The notes below the pieces were generated by a model, which saw only the letters and a list, made by a program, of their open reading frames with translations, did not search any database and was not told the origin of the DNA. A DNA stretch of 56,604 bases from Planctomycetaceae bacterium (lineage in GTDB: Bacteria; Planctomycetota; Phycisphaerae; Phycisphaerales; SM1A02), in assembly GCA_947480055.1 (NCBI GenBank), contig CANKBX010000001.1, positions 1 through 56,604 of the forward strand. Reading direction: 5' to 3'. The translations under genes were made by a program, and so were the position numbers. The stretch's first letter is position 1. Each line of letters begins with the position of its first letter. This document shows, piece after piece, positions 1 to 8,624 of this stretch.

Positions 1-28
1 AATAAAAAAGGTTGCCAATTCCCGCGTC

Positions 29-174
29 GCAGAAAGGGTGGCACCACAAGCGAGTTTAGCACCCGCGCAAGCCCCGCTTGCGTGGGGTGCGTTGTCTGAG
101 CGACTGGTGCCACCCTTTCTGCAAAGCGTGCACTTTCTTACAAAGGGTGCGTTGTCACAGCTCCTGTGCCACCC
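29..174. repeat. Nested inverted repeat (REP/REPIN-like hairpin) plus a partial direct copy
   Basis: Perfect 18-bp IR gcagaaagggtggcacca (29-46) / tggtgccaccctttctgc (105-122) encloses an inner hairpin gcacccgcgcaagc-ccc-gcttgcgtggggtgc (59-90). The motif gggtgcgttgtc...gtgccaccc occurs at ~85-115 and again at ~144-174. Confidence 0.7.
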
Positions 175-328
175 AAATTTATGCAGCGCGTGTTGTTTAA
201 GCGCTGTGACTACGAACCCGCCCCGCACCCGCCTCTCTCGCAAAAGACCTTCAGAAAAACAGCGATAAAAGAAGAGCCTGCCAAAATCGATTCGTACCCT
301 GCAATTCAACATTCAATTGGAGGCAGGT

Positions 329-1456
329 GTGGCAAAAAAAATACAAAAAAATCGCGCTCGAACTGGCATCATCAAATCAACTGTCATCAGGGGAAAACCA
401 AGTCGCGCTGGCTATCAAAATTTACTTGTGACCGTAAGCGACCTCCTAGAGAAATCACGCCGAGGCAGCGCTCGAGTGATCAACTCATTCATGACGGCAA
501 CCTACTGGGAAATCGGCCGGCGAATTGTTGAGTTTGAACAGCGTGGAAAGAAGCGTGCGGAGTATGGCCAGACTGTTCTTGAACGACTTTCAAAAGACTT
601 GACGCGTCGTCATGGCCGCGGATTTGCCCGATCAAATCTCATTCGATTTCGGCAGTTTTATGTTGCTTTTCCAAGAAACCCAATTCGTTCGACAGTGTCG
701 AACGAATTGGAGGCGACTCAACATCTCGCGCGCTCATTTCCAATGCCTTGGTCACATTATGTATTGCTGATCAGCCGCGCTCGCTCAACGGACGCACTGG
801 AGTTTTATCAACGCGAGGCATTGCGCGGAGGTTGGTCAGTGAGGCAACTCCAACGGCAAATTGAAACTCAATTTTATGAACGCACCGCGCTGTCACGCAA
901 CAAAAATAAAATGCTTGCCAAGGGCGCAAAGCCGAATGCAACGGACGCGGTCAATGCCCAAGATGAAATTCGACATCCTTTAGTTCTTGAGTTCCTTGGC
1001 CTGCGCGACGAATACTCCGAGACTGATCTTGAGCAAGGACTCATTGGCCATCTTGAATCATTTCTTCTTGAACTTGGAAACGACCTCGCATTTGTCGGTC
1101 GCCAACGTCGGTTGCGCATAGATGATGTTTGGTACCGCGTGGATTTGATTTTCTTCCATCGTCGACTGCGCTGCCTTGTGATCATTGACTTGAAACTTGG
1201 CAGGTTCACGCATTCAGACTCGGGGCAAATGCACATGTACCTGAATTACGCGCGCGAGCATTGGATGCAGCCCAACGAAAATCCTCCCATTGGCGTCATT
1301 CTGTGTTCAAGCAAAGGTGAATCATTGGTGCGATACGCCACGGACGCGCTGCCCAACAAATTGCTTGTTCACGAATATCTCACCGCGCTTCCAAATGAGA
1401 AAGTTCTGTCGATTGAACTTGCAAAGTCACGAAGACAATTGGAAAAAGTAAAATAA
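329..1456 (+). CDS. DUF1016/YhcG-family PD-(D/E)XK nuclease
   Basis: N-domain motifs 'YWEIGRRIVE', 'LERLSKDL..G.GF', 'WSHY', 'GWSVRQL.RQI'. C-domain 'LEFLGL...YSETDLE', 'FLLELG...FVGRQ', 'DLIFFHRRLRCLVIIDLK', 'GQM.MY'. GTG start at 329 follows GGAGG (319-323). Confidence 0.92.
   Translation: MAKKIQKNRARTGIIKSTVIRGKPSRAGYQNLLVTVSDLLEKSRRGSARVINSFMTATYWEIGRRIVEFEQRGKKRAEYGQTVLERLSKDLTRRHGRGFARSNLIRFRQFYVAFPRNPIRSTVSNELEATQHLARSFPMPWSHYVLLISRARSTDALEFYQREALRGGWSVRQLQRQIETQFYERTALSRNKNKMLAKGAKPNATDAVNAQDEIRHPLVLEFLGLRDEYSETDLEQGLIGHLESFLLELGNDLAFVGRQRRLRIDDVWYRVDLIFFHRRLRCLVIIDLKLGRFTHSDSGQMHMYLNYAREHWMQPNENPPIGVILCSSKGESLVRYATDALPNKLLVHEYLTALPNEKVLSIELAKSRRQLEKVK
680..710. repeat. Perfect 15-bp palindrome inside the DUF1016 gene
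   Basis: ccaattcgttcgaca-g-tgtcgaacgaattgg; the two arms are exact reverse complements. Confidence 0.95.
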
Positions 1457-1503
1457 AAGTTGATTGCACGGTTAACGGGATCGCTTAAACTCGTCAACGC
1501 AAC

Positions 1504-3180
1504 ATGCCGCAACTTTTATTGGTTTCAAACACTGGCTCCGCGCGTGACACGCTTGCCGCCGCGCTTAAAAACAACGGCGCACATTGCTTGTTCGCGCCAA
1601 TAGATCAGGCTTTGCAAATGGCGTGCTCCACGCAGACAACGTGCATTGTGTTGTTGGATGACTCGAGCAACTTCGCCGCGGCATTGCTTCAAAAAATCCG
1701 CGCCACACAAGTTCTTGCTCACACATTGGTCGTGGCCATCGCGGCGGCCGACACACTTGCGGCGCTGGCGACCGCTGGCGCGGACGCCACTGTGGACGCG
1801 CGCGCGCCGGTTGAAACCATCTGCCAAGTGATAGACGGCGCGCTCTTGCGCCGCGAACAGTGGCTTGGTGCTTCGCAGCTTGGGCGCGGTAAAAATTCCA
1901 CCGAGCGGCAAGTGCAAAGCGCGCTTGATCAAGAACACATTGGAAGCCTGTTGCTGCTGCGATTTAATCATTTCACCAATGTGTCCACGGCGCTGAATAT
2001 GTTGGGCGTGGCCAGCGACGCGCTGCAAATGGAAGTTGAGCGATCGCTTCAAGCGCGCTTGACCCCGCTGTTGCCAAGCGGCGCGTGGATGACATTTATG
2101 GACGAGGAGAATTTTTTAATCGCCCTGCCCCGCAATTTGGTTGGCTTGGAAACACTCGCCGACAGCGTGGCGCTTGCGGCGCGCATGCCCGTATTTCTGG
2201 CGCAGCGGGAAATTCGCTTGCGCGCGCATGCGGGTTTCTGCGTGGTGACAGTCAGTGAAAAAATTGACGCGCGCACGTTGATCGGCCGCGCGGAAATGGC
2301 GGCGGACCAAGCGCGCGACGGCGCAAACTCTACGGCGGTGCAGTGGTCCGCGCAGATGAGCTCGCAAGTTCTCAATGATCTTCAGTTGGCCAGCGCCATG
2401 CGCCACGCCGTGGAACACTCGGAATTTCAATTGCTGTTCCAGCCGCAAATCAACATGAACCGAGGCGATGTGTACGGCGCCGAGGCGCTGATTCGCTGGA
2501 CATCGCCCACGGGTGTGTCCATTGCGCCGGGGCGATTTGTGGCTATTGCCCAGGAATGTGGCGTGATGGATCAGATCACTTTGTGGAGCATGCGCGAAGC
2601 ATGCCGCCAATGCGCGGCGTGGGAGGAAATTGGCCTGCATATTCGCGTGGCGGTGAATATCACGGCGAATCAATTGGCAAACCCGCGCTTTGTGGACACG
2701 GTGCGCGGCGCGCTGAATGAAAGCGGCGTGTCCGGCGCGCAGTTGGCGGTGGAAATTTCAGAGGCCGCGATTATTTCAAACCCGCAAGTGTTCAACGCGC
2801 CGCTGACCACGCTGCGCAACTTGGGCGTGACTGTGTGCATGGATGATTTTGGCGTGGGCGTGGCCACGTTGGCCAACATGAAAGCCTTGCCTGTGTCTGA
2901 ATTAAAAATCGACCGCAGTTTTATTCGGCCGCTGCCTGGAACGGCGCAAGACAGAATGATGGTTCAGGCAATGCTGGCGCTGAGCAAGCAACTGAACACG
3001 CGCGTGGTGGCGGTGGGCGTGGAAAATGTCACGCAGTGGGCGTGGCTCAAGGAGAATGTCTGCGACGGCGCGCAAGGCTGGTTGATTGGTAAAGCTGTTG
3101 CCGCCGAAGAATTTTCCGCGCTGGTTGGAGAGATTCGCCAGAACAAATTCGCCGCGGCAAGCTCGCGCGCTATTTTGTGA
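1504..3180 (+). CDS. Degenerate receiver-like / degenerate GGDEF / EAL domain protein
   Basis: 'FQPQI...GAEALIRW', 'VNIT', 'EISE', 'DDFG', 'LKIDRSF', 'QGWLIGK'. The GGDEF signature appears replaced by 'DEENF'. Confidence 0.88.
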   Translation: MPQLLLVSNTGSARDTLAAALKNNGAHCLFAPIDQALQMACSTQTTCIVLLDDSSNFAAALLQKIRATQVLAHTLVVAIAAADTLAALATAGADATVDARAPVETICQVIDGALLRREQWLGASQLGRGKNSTERQVQSALDQEHIGSLLLLRFNHFTNVSTALNMLGVASDALQMEVERSLQARLTPLLPSGAWMTFMDEENFLIALPRNLVGLETLADSVALAARMPVFLAQREIRLRAHAGFCVVTVSEKIDARTLIGRAEMAADQARDGANSTAVQWSAQMSSQVLNDLQLASAMRHAVEHSEFQLLFQPQINMNRGDVYGAEALIRWTSPTGVSIAPGRFVAIAQECGVMDQITLWSMREACRQCAAWEEIGLHIRVAVNITANQLANPRFVDTVRGALNESGVSGAQLAVEISEAAIISNPQVFNAPLTTLRNLGVTVCMDDFGVGVATLANMKALPVSELKIDRSFIRPLPGTAQDRMMVQAMLALSKQLNTRVVAVGVENVTQWAWLKENVCDGAQGWLIGKAVAAEEFSALVGEIRQNKFAAASSRAIL

Positions 3181-3201
3181 TCGCAACTTGAATTGCAGCG
3201 C

Positions 3202-3236
3202 AAAAAAAGAAACGCCCCATTTGAGCGGGCGTTTCT
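3202..3236 (-). terminator. Intrinsic terminator ending the isc operon (possibly bidirectional)
   Basis: Stem agaaacgccc (3208-3217) / gggcgtttct (3227-3236) with an adjacent A7 tract (U7 on the - strand), between convergent genes. Confidence 0.8.
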
Positions 3237-3262
3237 GCTGAATTTGAAATGTGCCGACTTGC

Positions 3263-3682
3263 TTACGCGCTGAAACTTGAGCCGCATCCGCACGTGGTGG
3301 TGGCGTTTGGATTGCTGAACACAAATCCGCGTCCCATGACTTCGTCCTTGAAATCAATCGTGGTGCCGTTGACATACAAGTAGGACTTTGGATCGCAGAT
3401 CACTTTCACGGCGAACGCTTCTGGCGCTGTCGCGGTGGCAACGGAGCCGCCTCCGCTTTCGTTCTGCGCCTTCGCGGAAACATCTGGTCGACGTGTGAAG
3501 GAAACTTCCCACAACTCGTCATTGTCCTTGCGGATCTCGGTGAGATCAAGCAGGTAGCTGAAACCGCTGCAGCCGCCACCCTTCACTCCAACGCGCAAAT
3601 GAATCTTGGCTGGATCAAGTCCCTGTTGACGAATGATGGAATCAATTTCGCGGGCCGCTGTTTCTGTGACGATGACTGACAT
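3263..3682 (-). CDS. iscA: A-type Fe-S carrier protein (IscA/HesB family)
   Basis: 'LRVGVKGGGCSGFSY', 'GTTIDF', 'F.FSNPNA...CGCGSSF'; lies downstream of iscU. Confidence 0.9.
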   Translation of the reverse strand: MSVIVTETAAREIDSIIRQQGLDPAKIHLRVGVKGGGCSGFSYLLDLTEIRKDNDELWEVSFTRRPDVSAKAQNESGGGSVATATAPEAFAVKVICDPKSYLYVNGTTIDFKDEVMGRGFVFSNPNATTTCGCGSSFSA

Positions 3683-3746
3683 GTGGGGTCTCCTAAAACT
3701 TTGAGTAAGGTTGAATTTTATTTATGCAAGAAATATGTGAGTTGAA

Positions 3747-4181
3747 TTAGTGCGCGTGCGCGGCGTGGGTATCAACCGCCGTAGCGTGTCCGTTCTTCTT
3801 CTTCCAATCTTCAATCGCGGCGCGGATGGAATCCTCCGCCAACACGCTGCAGTGAATTTTAACGGGCGGAAGGCTGAGTTCCTCCACGATTTCAGTGTTC
3901 TTAATGGCCAGCGCCTCATCCACGGTCTTGCCCTTGATCCACTCAGTGGCCAAGGAACTTGACGCGATGGCGGAGCCGCAACCAAAGCACTTGAACTTGG
4001 CGTCCTGAATCACGCCGGCGTCGCTGACTTGAATGTGCAACTGCATCACATCGCCGCATTCGGGGGCGCCAACAATGCCCACGCCAACATCTTTGCGGGC
4101 CTGAACTTCTTTGCTGCTGCCAAATGAACCAACATTGTGCGGGTTCTGATAGTGCTCGATGACTTTGTCGCTGTATGCCAT
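3747..4181 (-). CDS. iscU: Fe-S cluster scaffold IscU
   Basis: 'YSDKVIEHY.NP.NVG', 'GAPECGDVM', 'FGCGSAIASSS', 'LPPVKIHCS'. Confidence 0.96.
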   Translation of the reverse strand: MAYSDKVIEHYQNPHNVGSFGSSKEVQARKDVGVGIVGAPECGDVMQLHIQVSDAGVIQDAKFKCFGCGSAIASSSLATEWIKGKTVDEALAIKNTEIVEELSLPPVKIHCSVLAEDSIRAAIEDWKKKNGHATAVDTHAAHAH

Positions 4182-4249
4182 GGTGTGTTCTTTCTTAAAT
4201 TTCTATCCAACTTTTTACCAAACTTGTAAGTCAAAACTTTTTAAACAAC

Positions 4250-5488
4250 TCAGTGGGTTTGCCACTGAATTTTACTAATGTCCACGCCCTCTTTGAACAA
4301 ATCATAAAGAGGACTCATCTTTCGCAAATGCAACACCGCTTTGGTGATGGAAGCGATGGTGTACTCGATTTCCTTGTCGGTGGTCCAGCGGCTCATGCTT
4401 AAACGCAGACTGCTGTGCGCGAGTTCGTCGCCCACTCCCAAACTTTTCAGAACATAACTTGGCTCAAGGCTGGCGCTGGTGCAAGCGGAACCGGATGAAC
4501 ACGCGATGTCCTTGATGCCCATGAGCAAACTTTCGCCCTCGACAAAACCAAATGAAATGTTGGTGATGTTTGGAACGCGCTTGCTGGCGTTGCCGTTGAC
4601 TTGCGTCACTTCAATCGCCTTGGCGAGTTCTGTTTCCAAACGATTGCGGAACTTTAAAAGGCGCTCGCCTTCGGATTGCATTTCATGCTGGCACAATTCG
4701 CAGGCTTTGCCAAAGCCAGCAATTCCGCTGATATTCAGCGTACCGCTGCGCATTCCGCGCTCTTGTCCGCCTCCGTCGAAGATGGCTTCCAAGCGCACAC
4801 GCGGTTTGCGACGGCGCACATACAACGCGCCCACGCCCTTGGGTCCATACATCTTGTGACCGCTCCAGGAAAGCAAATCAATATTGTCGCGCTCCACATC
4901 GGTTGGCATTTTTCCAACCCACTGCGTGCCGTCGCTATGGAAAATAATTTCCTTGTCATGGCACAGTTTGCCAATGGCTGGAATTTCATTGATGGTTCCA
5001 ATTTCATTGTTGGCCCACATGATGGAAACCAAAATGGTATCGGGGCGAATTTCTTTGGCGACCATGTCAACGGTGATCACGCCGTCAGCGGGCGGCTGCA
5101 AATAAGTGACATCAAAGCCTTCCTTCTGAAGACGCTTGCATGGATCAAGCACGGCCTTGTGTTCGTGAAGCGCGGTGATAATGTGACCGCGTCCAGTTTG
5201 TCCTTCTGGATTTTTGGCGTACATGTGCGCGGCGCCCTTGATGGCCAAGTTGTTGCTTTCGGTCGCGCCGCTGGTGAAAATAATTTCCTTGGAGTTGGCG
5301 CCGATTAATGCGGCGGCTTGCTCGCGCGCTTTCTCAACGGCCTCCTCCGCCTCCCAACCAAATGCGTGATTGCGACTGCCGGAATTTCCGTAAGCCTCCG
5401 TAAGGTAAGGAAGCATGACTTCCACCACGCGAGGATCGCATCGAGTGGTGGCGGCGTTGTCTAAATACAATGGTCGTGGTTTATTCAT
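4250..5488 (-). CDS. iscS: Cysteine desulfurase IscS
   Basis: 'YLDNAATT', 'FTSGATESNN', PLP Lys in 'SGHKMYGPKG', 'SSGSACTS' loop, IscS-type C-terminus 'SPLYD..KEG.D'. Confidence 0.96.
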   Translation of the reverse strand: MNKPRPLYLDNAATTRCDPRVVEVMLPYLTEAYGNSGSRNHAFGWEAEEAVEKAREQAAALIGANSKEIIFTSGATESNNLAIKGAAHMYAKNPEGQTGRGHIITALHEHKAVLDPCKRLQKEGFDVTYLQPPADGVITVDMVAKEIRPDTILVSIMWANNEIGTINEIPAIGKLCHDKEIIFHSDGTQWVGKMPTDVERDNIDLLSWSGHKMYGPKGVGALYVRRRKPRVRLEAIFDGGGQERGMRSGTLNISGIAGFGKACELCQHEMQSEGERLLKFRNRLETELAKAIEVTQVNGNASKRVPNITNISFGFVEGESLLMGIKDIACSSGSACTSASLEPSYVLKSLGVGDELAHSSLRLSMSRWTTDKEIEYTIASITKAVLHLRKMSPLYDLFKEGVDISKIQWQTH

Positions 5489-5684
5489 GTTGCTGTTTTT
5501 GTATCGAAGGTAATGAAATTCGGACTTTCTATCTTAAATTACGGTCCGTGAATTGGAATCAGTAGTGTAGGCAACATTGACAGCGCCGCAAAGGAAAATC
5601 TCAACTTTTTATGCGCGTGGCGAATGAGCTTTCAAGTTGAAATTTATGCGCAAGCGCGCCATAAAAGGCGAGTACCTTCGCCAT

Positions 5685-6566
5685 ATGCAGATTGTTGAAC
5701 ACGCGGAATCACTCACTCCACTGCATGGATGCGCTTTGGTTGCAACCATGGGCGCGCTGCATGCGGGACACGCTTCGTTGATCAAGCAGGCGGCGAGCGA
5801 TGGGCGCCCTGTGGTGGTGAGTTTATTTGTGAACCCCACGCAATTTTCCAAGGGCGAAGATTTTTCAAAGTACCCGCGCACGCTTGAAGCGGACCGCGAA
5901 CTCTGCCAGTCGGCGGGCGCGGCGGCGATTTTTATTCCAAGCGTGCAAGATATGTATCCGTATGGCGTGGATGCGGCCAACGCGGAGGCGATTCAATTGC
6001 AATTGCCGCTTGTGGCAACGCAACCTAAACTAGAGGACGCGCAGCGCCCCACACATTTTGCTGGCGTGTGCCAAGTGGTTGCGAAACTTTTTGACATGTG
6101 TCAACCCGCAGCCGCAAATTTTGGCGAGAAAGATTTCCAGCAACTGCGGGTGATACAAGAGATGGTGCGGCGCGAAGGAGCGCGCTGGAAGAAGCTTGTT
6201 GTGCACGCGTGCCCCACTATTCGCGAGAGCGATGGCCTGGCCATGAGCAGCCGCAACCGCTATTTGCAGGCGAATCAGCGCGAAAATGCGCGTGGACTTT
6301 CGCGGGCCTTGGCCGCCGCGCAAGAATGCGCGCGTGCGGACATGGACATTGCCGCGGCGGAAAGTGAAATGCTCCGCGTGTTGGCGCGGCACCAACTGCT
6401 GGTTGAATACGCGGTGATTCGAGCGCCGGACACGCTTCTGCCAATTGAGAACTTTGAACCAAAATTAAAGTCTGGGGCGCGCGCTCTGATTGCGGCGCGC
6501 CTTGACGGCGTGCGGTTGATTGACAACGCAAGTTGCGACGGCGCGATCAGCGATCGCGGCGGATGA
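5685..6566 (+). CDS. panC: Pantoate--beta-alanine ligase
   Basis: 'TMGALHAGH', 'SLFVNPTQF', 'YPRTLEAD', 'FGEKDFQQL', 'RESDGLAMSSRN', 'RLIDN'. Start taken at ATG 5685. Confidence 0.95.
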   Translation: MQIVEHAESLTPLHGCALVATMGALHAGHASLIKQAASDGRPVVVSLFVNPTQFSKGEDFSKYPRTLEADRELCQSAGAAAIFIPSVQDMYPYGVDAANAEAIQLQLPLVATQPKLEDAQRPTHFAGVCQVVAKLFDMCQPAAANFGEKDFQQLRVIQEMVRREGARWKKLVVHACPTIRESDGLAMSSRNRYLQANQRENARGLSRALAAAQECARADMDIAAAESEMLRVLARHQLLVEYAVIRAPDTLLPIENFEPKLKSGARALIAARLDGVRLIDNASCDGAISDRGG

Positions 6567-7563
6567 CTTCCATCGCCAACTCTTGCAACAGTGTCTTCAC
6601 TTGGCTTGGGGGAAGCGGCTCGAGCGCGTCTTGCGCGGCGCGGATCATATTTTCCGCCACCGCTTGCGCGGCCGTGATTGAGCCAGCCTTGTTCATGCGT
6701 CGCACCAATTCAATTCCGTCGCGAGATTCAATCACATTGATCGCGTCAACACGCGAGGAACCAACGCAATCACGCAAATATAAAATCAGCGGAAGCGTTG
6801 CCTTGCCCTTGAGCAAATCGCAACCCAATGTTTTACCCACCACGCTTTGATCGCCGATGAAATCCAGAATGTCGTCTTGAATTTGAAACGCCACGCCAGT
6901 GTGCTGGCCATACATGCCAAGCGCTTTTTGAATTTCCTCGCTGGCACCAGACAATTGAGCGCCAAGTTGGCAACACGCGGACACCAACGCCGCAGTCTTG
7001 CGCTTCACAATTTCCAGATACGTGCTCTCGTCCAAACACACATCCTCGCGGCGGCTCAGTTGCAGCAACTCCCCTTCGCACAAGGTGTTTGTGGTGTGGC
7101 CAAACGCCACATTGAGCGATGTGTCGCCAATCAGCGAGCACAAATGAAACGCGTTGGAGATAAGCCAATCGCCAAGCATCACGGCGGTCTCATTGCCGCG
7201 CAATGAATTAATGGTGGCGCCACGGCGACGCGTGTCGGCTTCGTCAAGCACATCGTCGTGCACCAACGTTGCCATATGGATCATTTCAGAAACTGCCGCC
7301 GCCATTTTATGATTGCGAGTCAGCGCGGATTCGTCCTCGCGACCGGTTGCCGCCAAACCCGAAAGCAAGAGCAGCGTTGGACGCAACATTTTTCCTCGGT
7401 AGCGCTCCACATGTCGCGCCAATTCATTCACGGCAGGCAAATCGCTGCGCAATTGGCGGCGAAAAATTTCTTCCACTTCTTGAAGGGCTCCCGCCACAAT
7501 TCCAGCGGCAGGAGCGCGGCGCCAAGCGGGCGCGAGTATTGCGAACGGATGCATGGGGATCAC
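6547..7563 (-). CDS. Polyprenyl diphosphate synthase (IspB/HepT-like)
   Basis: 'GKMLRP', first DDxxD 'LVHDDVLD...RRG', 'KTAAL', second motif 'FQIQDDILD', 'DLLKGKATLP'. Confidence 0.93.
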   Translation of the reverse strand: MIPMHPFAILAPAWRRAPAAGIVAGALQEVEEIFRRQLRSDLPAVNELARHVERYRGKMLRPTLLLLSGLAATGREDESALTRNHKMAAAVSEMIHMATLVHDDVLDEADTRRRGATINSLRGNETAVMLGDWLISNAFHLCSLIGDTSLNVAFGHTTNTLCEGELLQLSRREDVCLDESTYLEIVKRKTAALVSACCQLGAQLSGASEEIQKALGMYGQHTGVAFQIQDDILDFIGDQSVVGKTLGCDLLKGKATLPLILYLRDCVGSSRVDAINVIESRDGIELVRRMNKAGSITAAQAVAENMIRAAQDALEPLPPSQVKTLLQELAMEVIRRDR

Positions 7564-7616
7564 TTTAGACTAAGTTTCCGTTCATTTCCTGTTGAAGTTT
7601 CTTTTTATTCTGAAGT

Positions 7617-8612
7617 TTATTTTTCAGCGGCGATGTAGGCAATCCAGCCGGCGCACGCCTCGCCTTGTGTGGCCTTGCGGAAAATTCCGTTGCCCCCGCC
7701 TGTGGCGTGGTCGGTGCCTTCCCAATACACGGTGCTTCGTGTAAAGCCCGCATCGACGAGCAATTCCTGCAACTCGGCGATGGTCCACAAGCGCCAATCG
7801 TAGGTAAATGCCTTGCGAATCTGCGTGCCGTCTGGAAATTTGAAATGAATGTGATTCAGCACCTCGCCCGAAATTGGGTTGTACTTGGCGGTGTCCCATA
7901 TATAGGTGAATCCGTCCAAATTGCGCTCCTCATTTTGCTCGGAGAAACTTTCGTAGCCACCGTAGCAGTCCAAGAAAAACACGCCGTCATTTTTCAGGCG
8001 CGTGCGCGCGAATTTAAAATAGCGCAGTAGTTCCGCGCGCTTTTTAAATATGTAATACGAAAAATTGAAGGCGGCCACCACGTCAACAAGTTCGCCCTTG
8101 TGCGAAAGCACATTTCCTTGCACGGTGTGCAAACGCTTAAGCGCGCCCGGCGAGAGCTGTTGCTTGCGACGCGCGGCGCCCCATGCAAGCACGGATGGAT
8201 CCAGGTCCACGCCATACGCGTGATTGGTTGGGCGGCGAATCACCCACGCGCTTGAAAGAATGTGCGTGCCACAAAAGTCCTCGCGAAATGTCGCGGGCAA
8301 ACGGTTGGTGATGGACTTGAATACTTTGTCAATGAACTCAACCTCCTCCTTGGGAGTTTGCACGGATAATTCATACAGTTCATGATGATCGCTGGTGGCC
8401 GCGGTGCGCCAACCATTTTTAGAAATCTTGCGAGAGGACTTCGCGGCTGGCTTCTTCTTTAATTTTGCCAGAGCATTGACAGAAGCTTTCGCCGAAGTTT
8501 TTGCGGCAAGATTGGCCGCAGCTTTTGCAGCGACTTTGCCTAGCGTCTTCGCACGCAACAATGTACTGGTGGAATTTTTAACGCGTGGGTGATTCATTTC
8601 TATAACGGACAT
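7617..8612 (-). CDS. Class I SAM-dependent methyltransferase with a Lys/Ala-rich N-terminal extension
   Basis: 'LYELSVQ', 'REDFCGT', 'GVDLD', 'AFNFSY' match a conserved bacterial methyltransferase family. Confidence 0.8.
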   Translation of the reverse strand: MSVIEMNHPRVKNSTSTLLRAKTLGKVAAKAAANLAAKTSAKASVNALAKLKKKPAAKSSRKISKNGWRTAATSDHHELYELSVQTPKEEVEFIDKVFKSITNRLPATFREDFCGTHILSSAWVIRRPTNHAYGVDLDPSVLAWGAARRKQQLSPGALKRLHTVQGNVLSHKGELVDVVAAFNFSYYIFKKRAELLRYFKFARTRLKNDGVFFLDCYGGYESFSEQNEERNLDGFTYIWDTAKYNPISGEVLNHIHFKFPDGTQIRKAFTYDWRLWTIAELQELLVDAGFTRSTVYWEGTDHATGGGNGIFRKATQGEACAGWIAYIAAEK

Positions 8613-8624
8613 GGGTGAAGCAAG

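Noticed and set aside
29..122. Hairpin as an integron attC site
   Set aside because: No RYYYAAC/GTTRRRY boxes at the stem ends and no integrase or cassette array.
38..531. ORFs 38-268 and 166-531
   Set aside because: They run through the palindromic element or overlap the DUF1016 gene, with no motifs or RBS.
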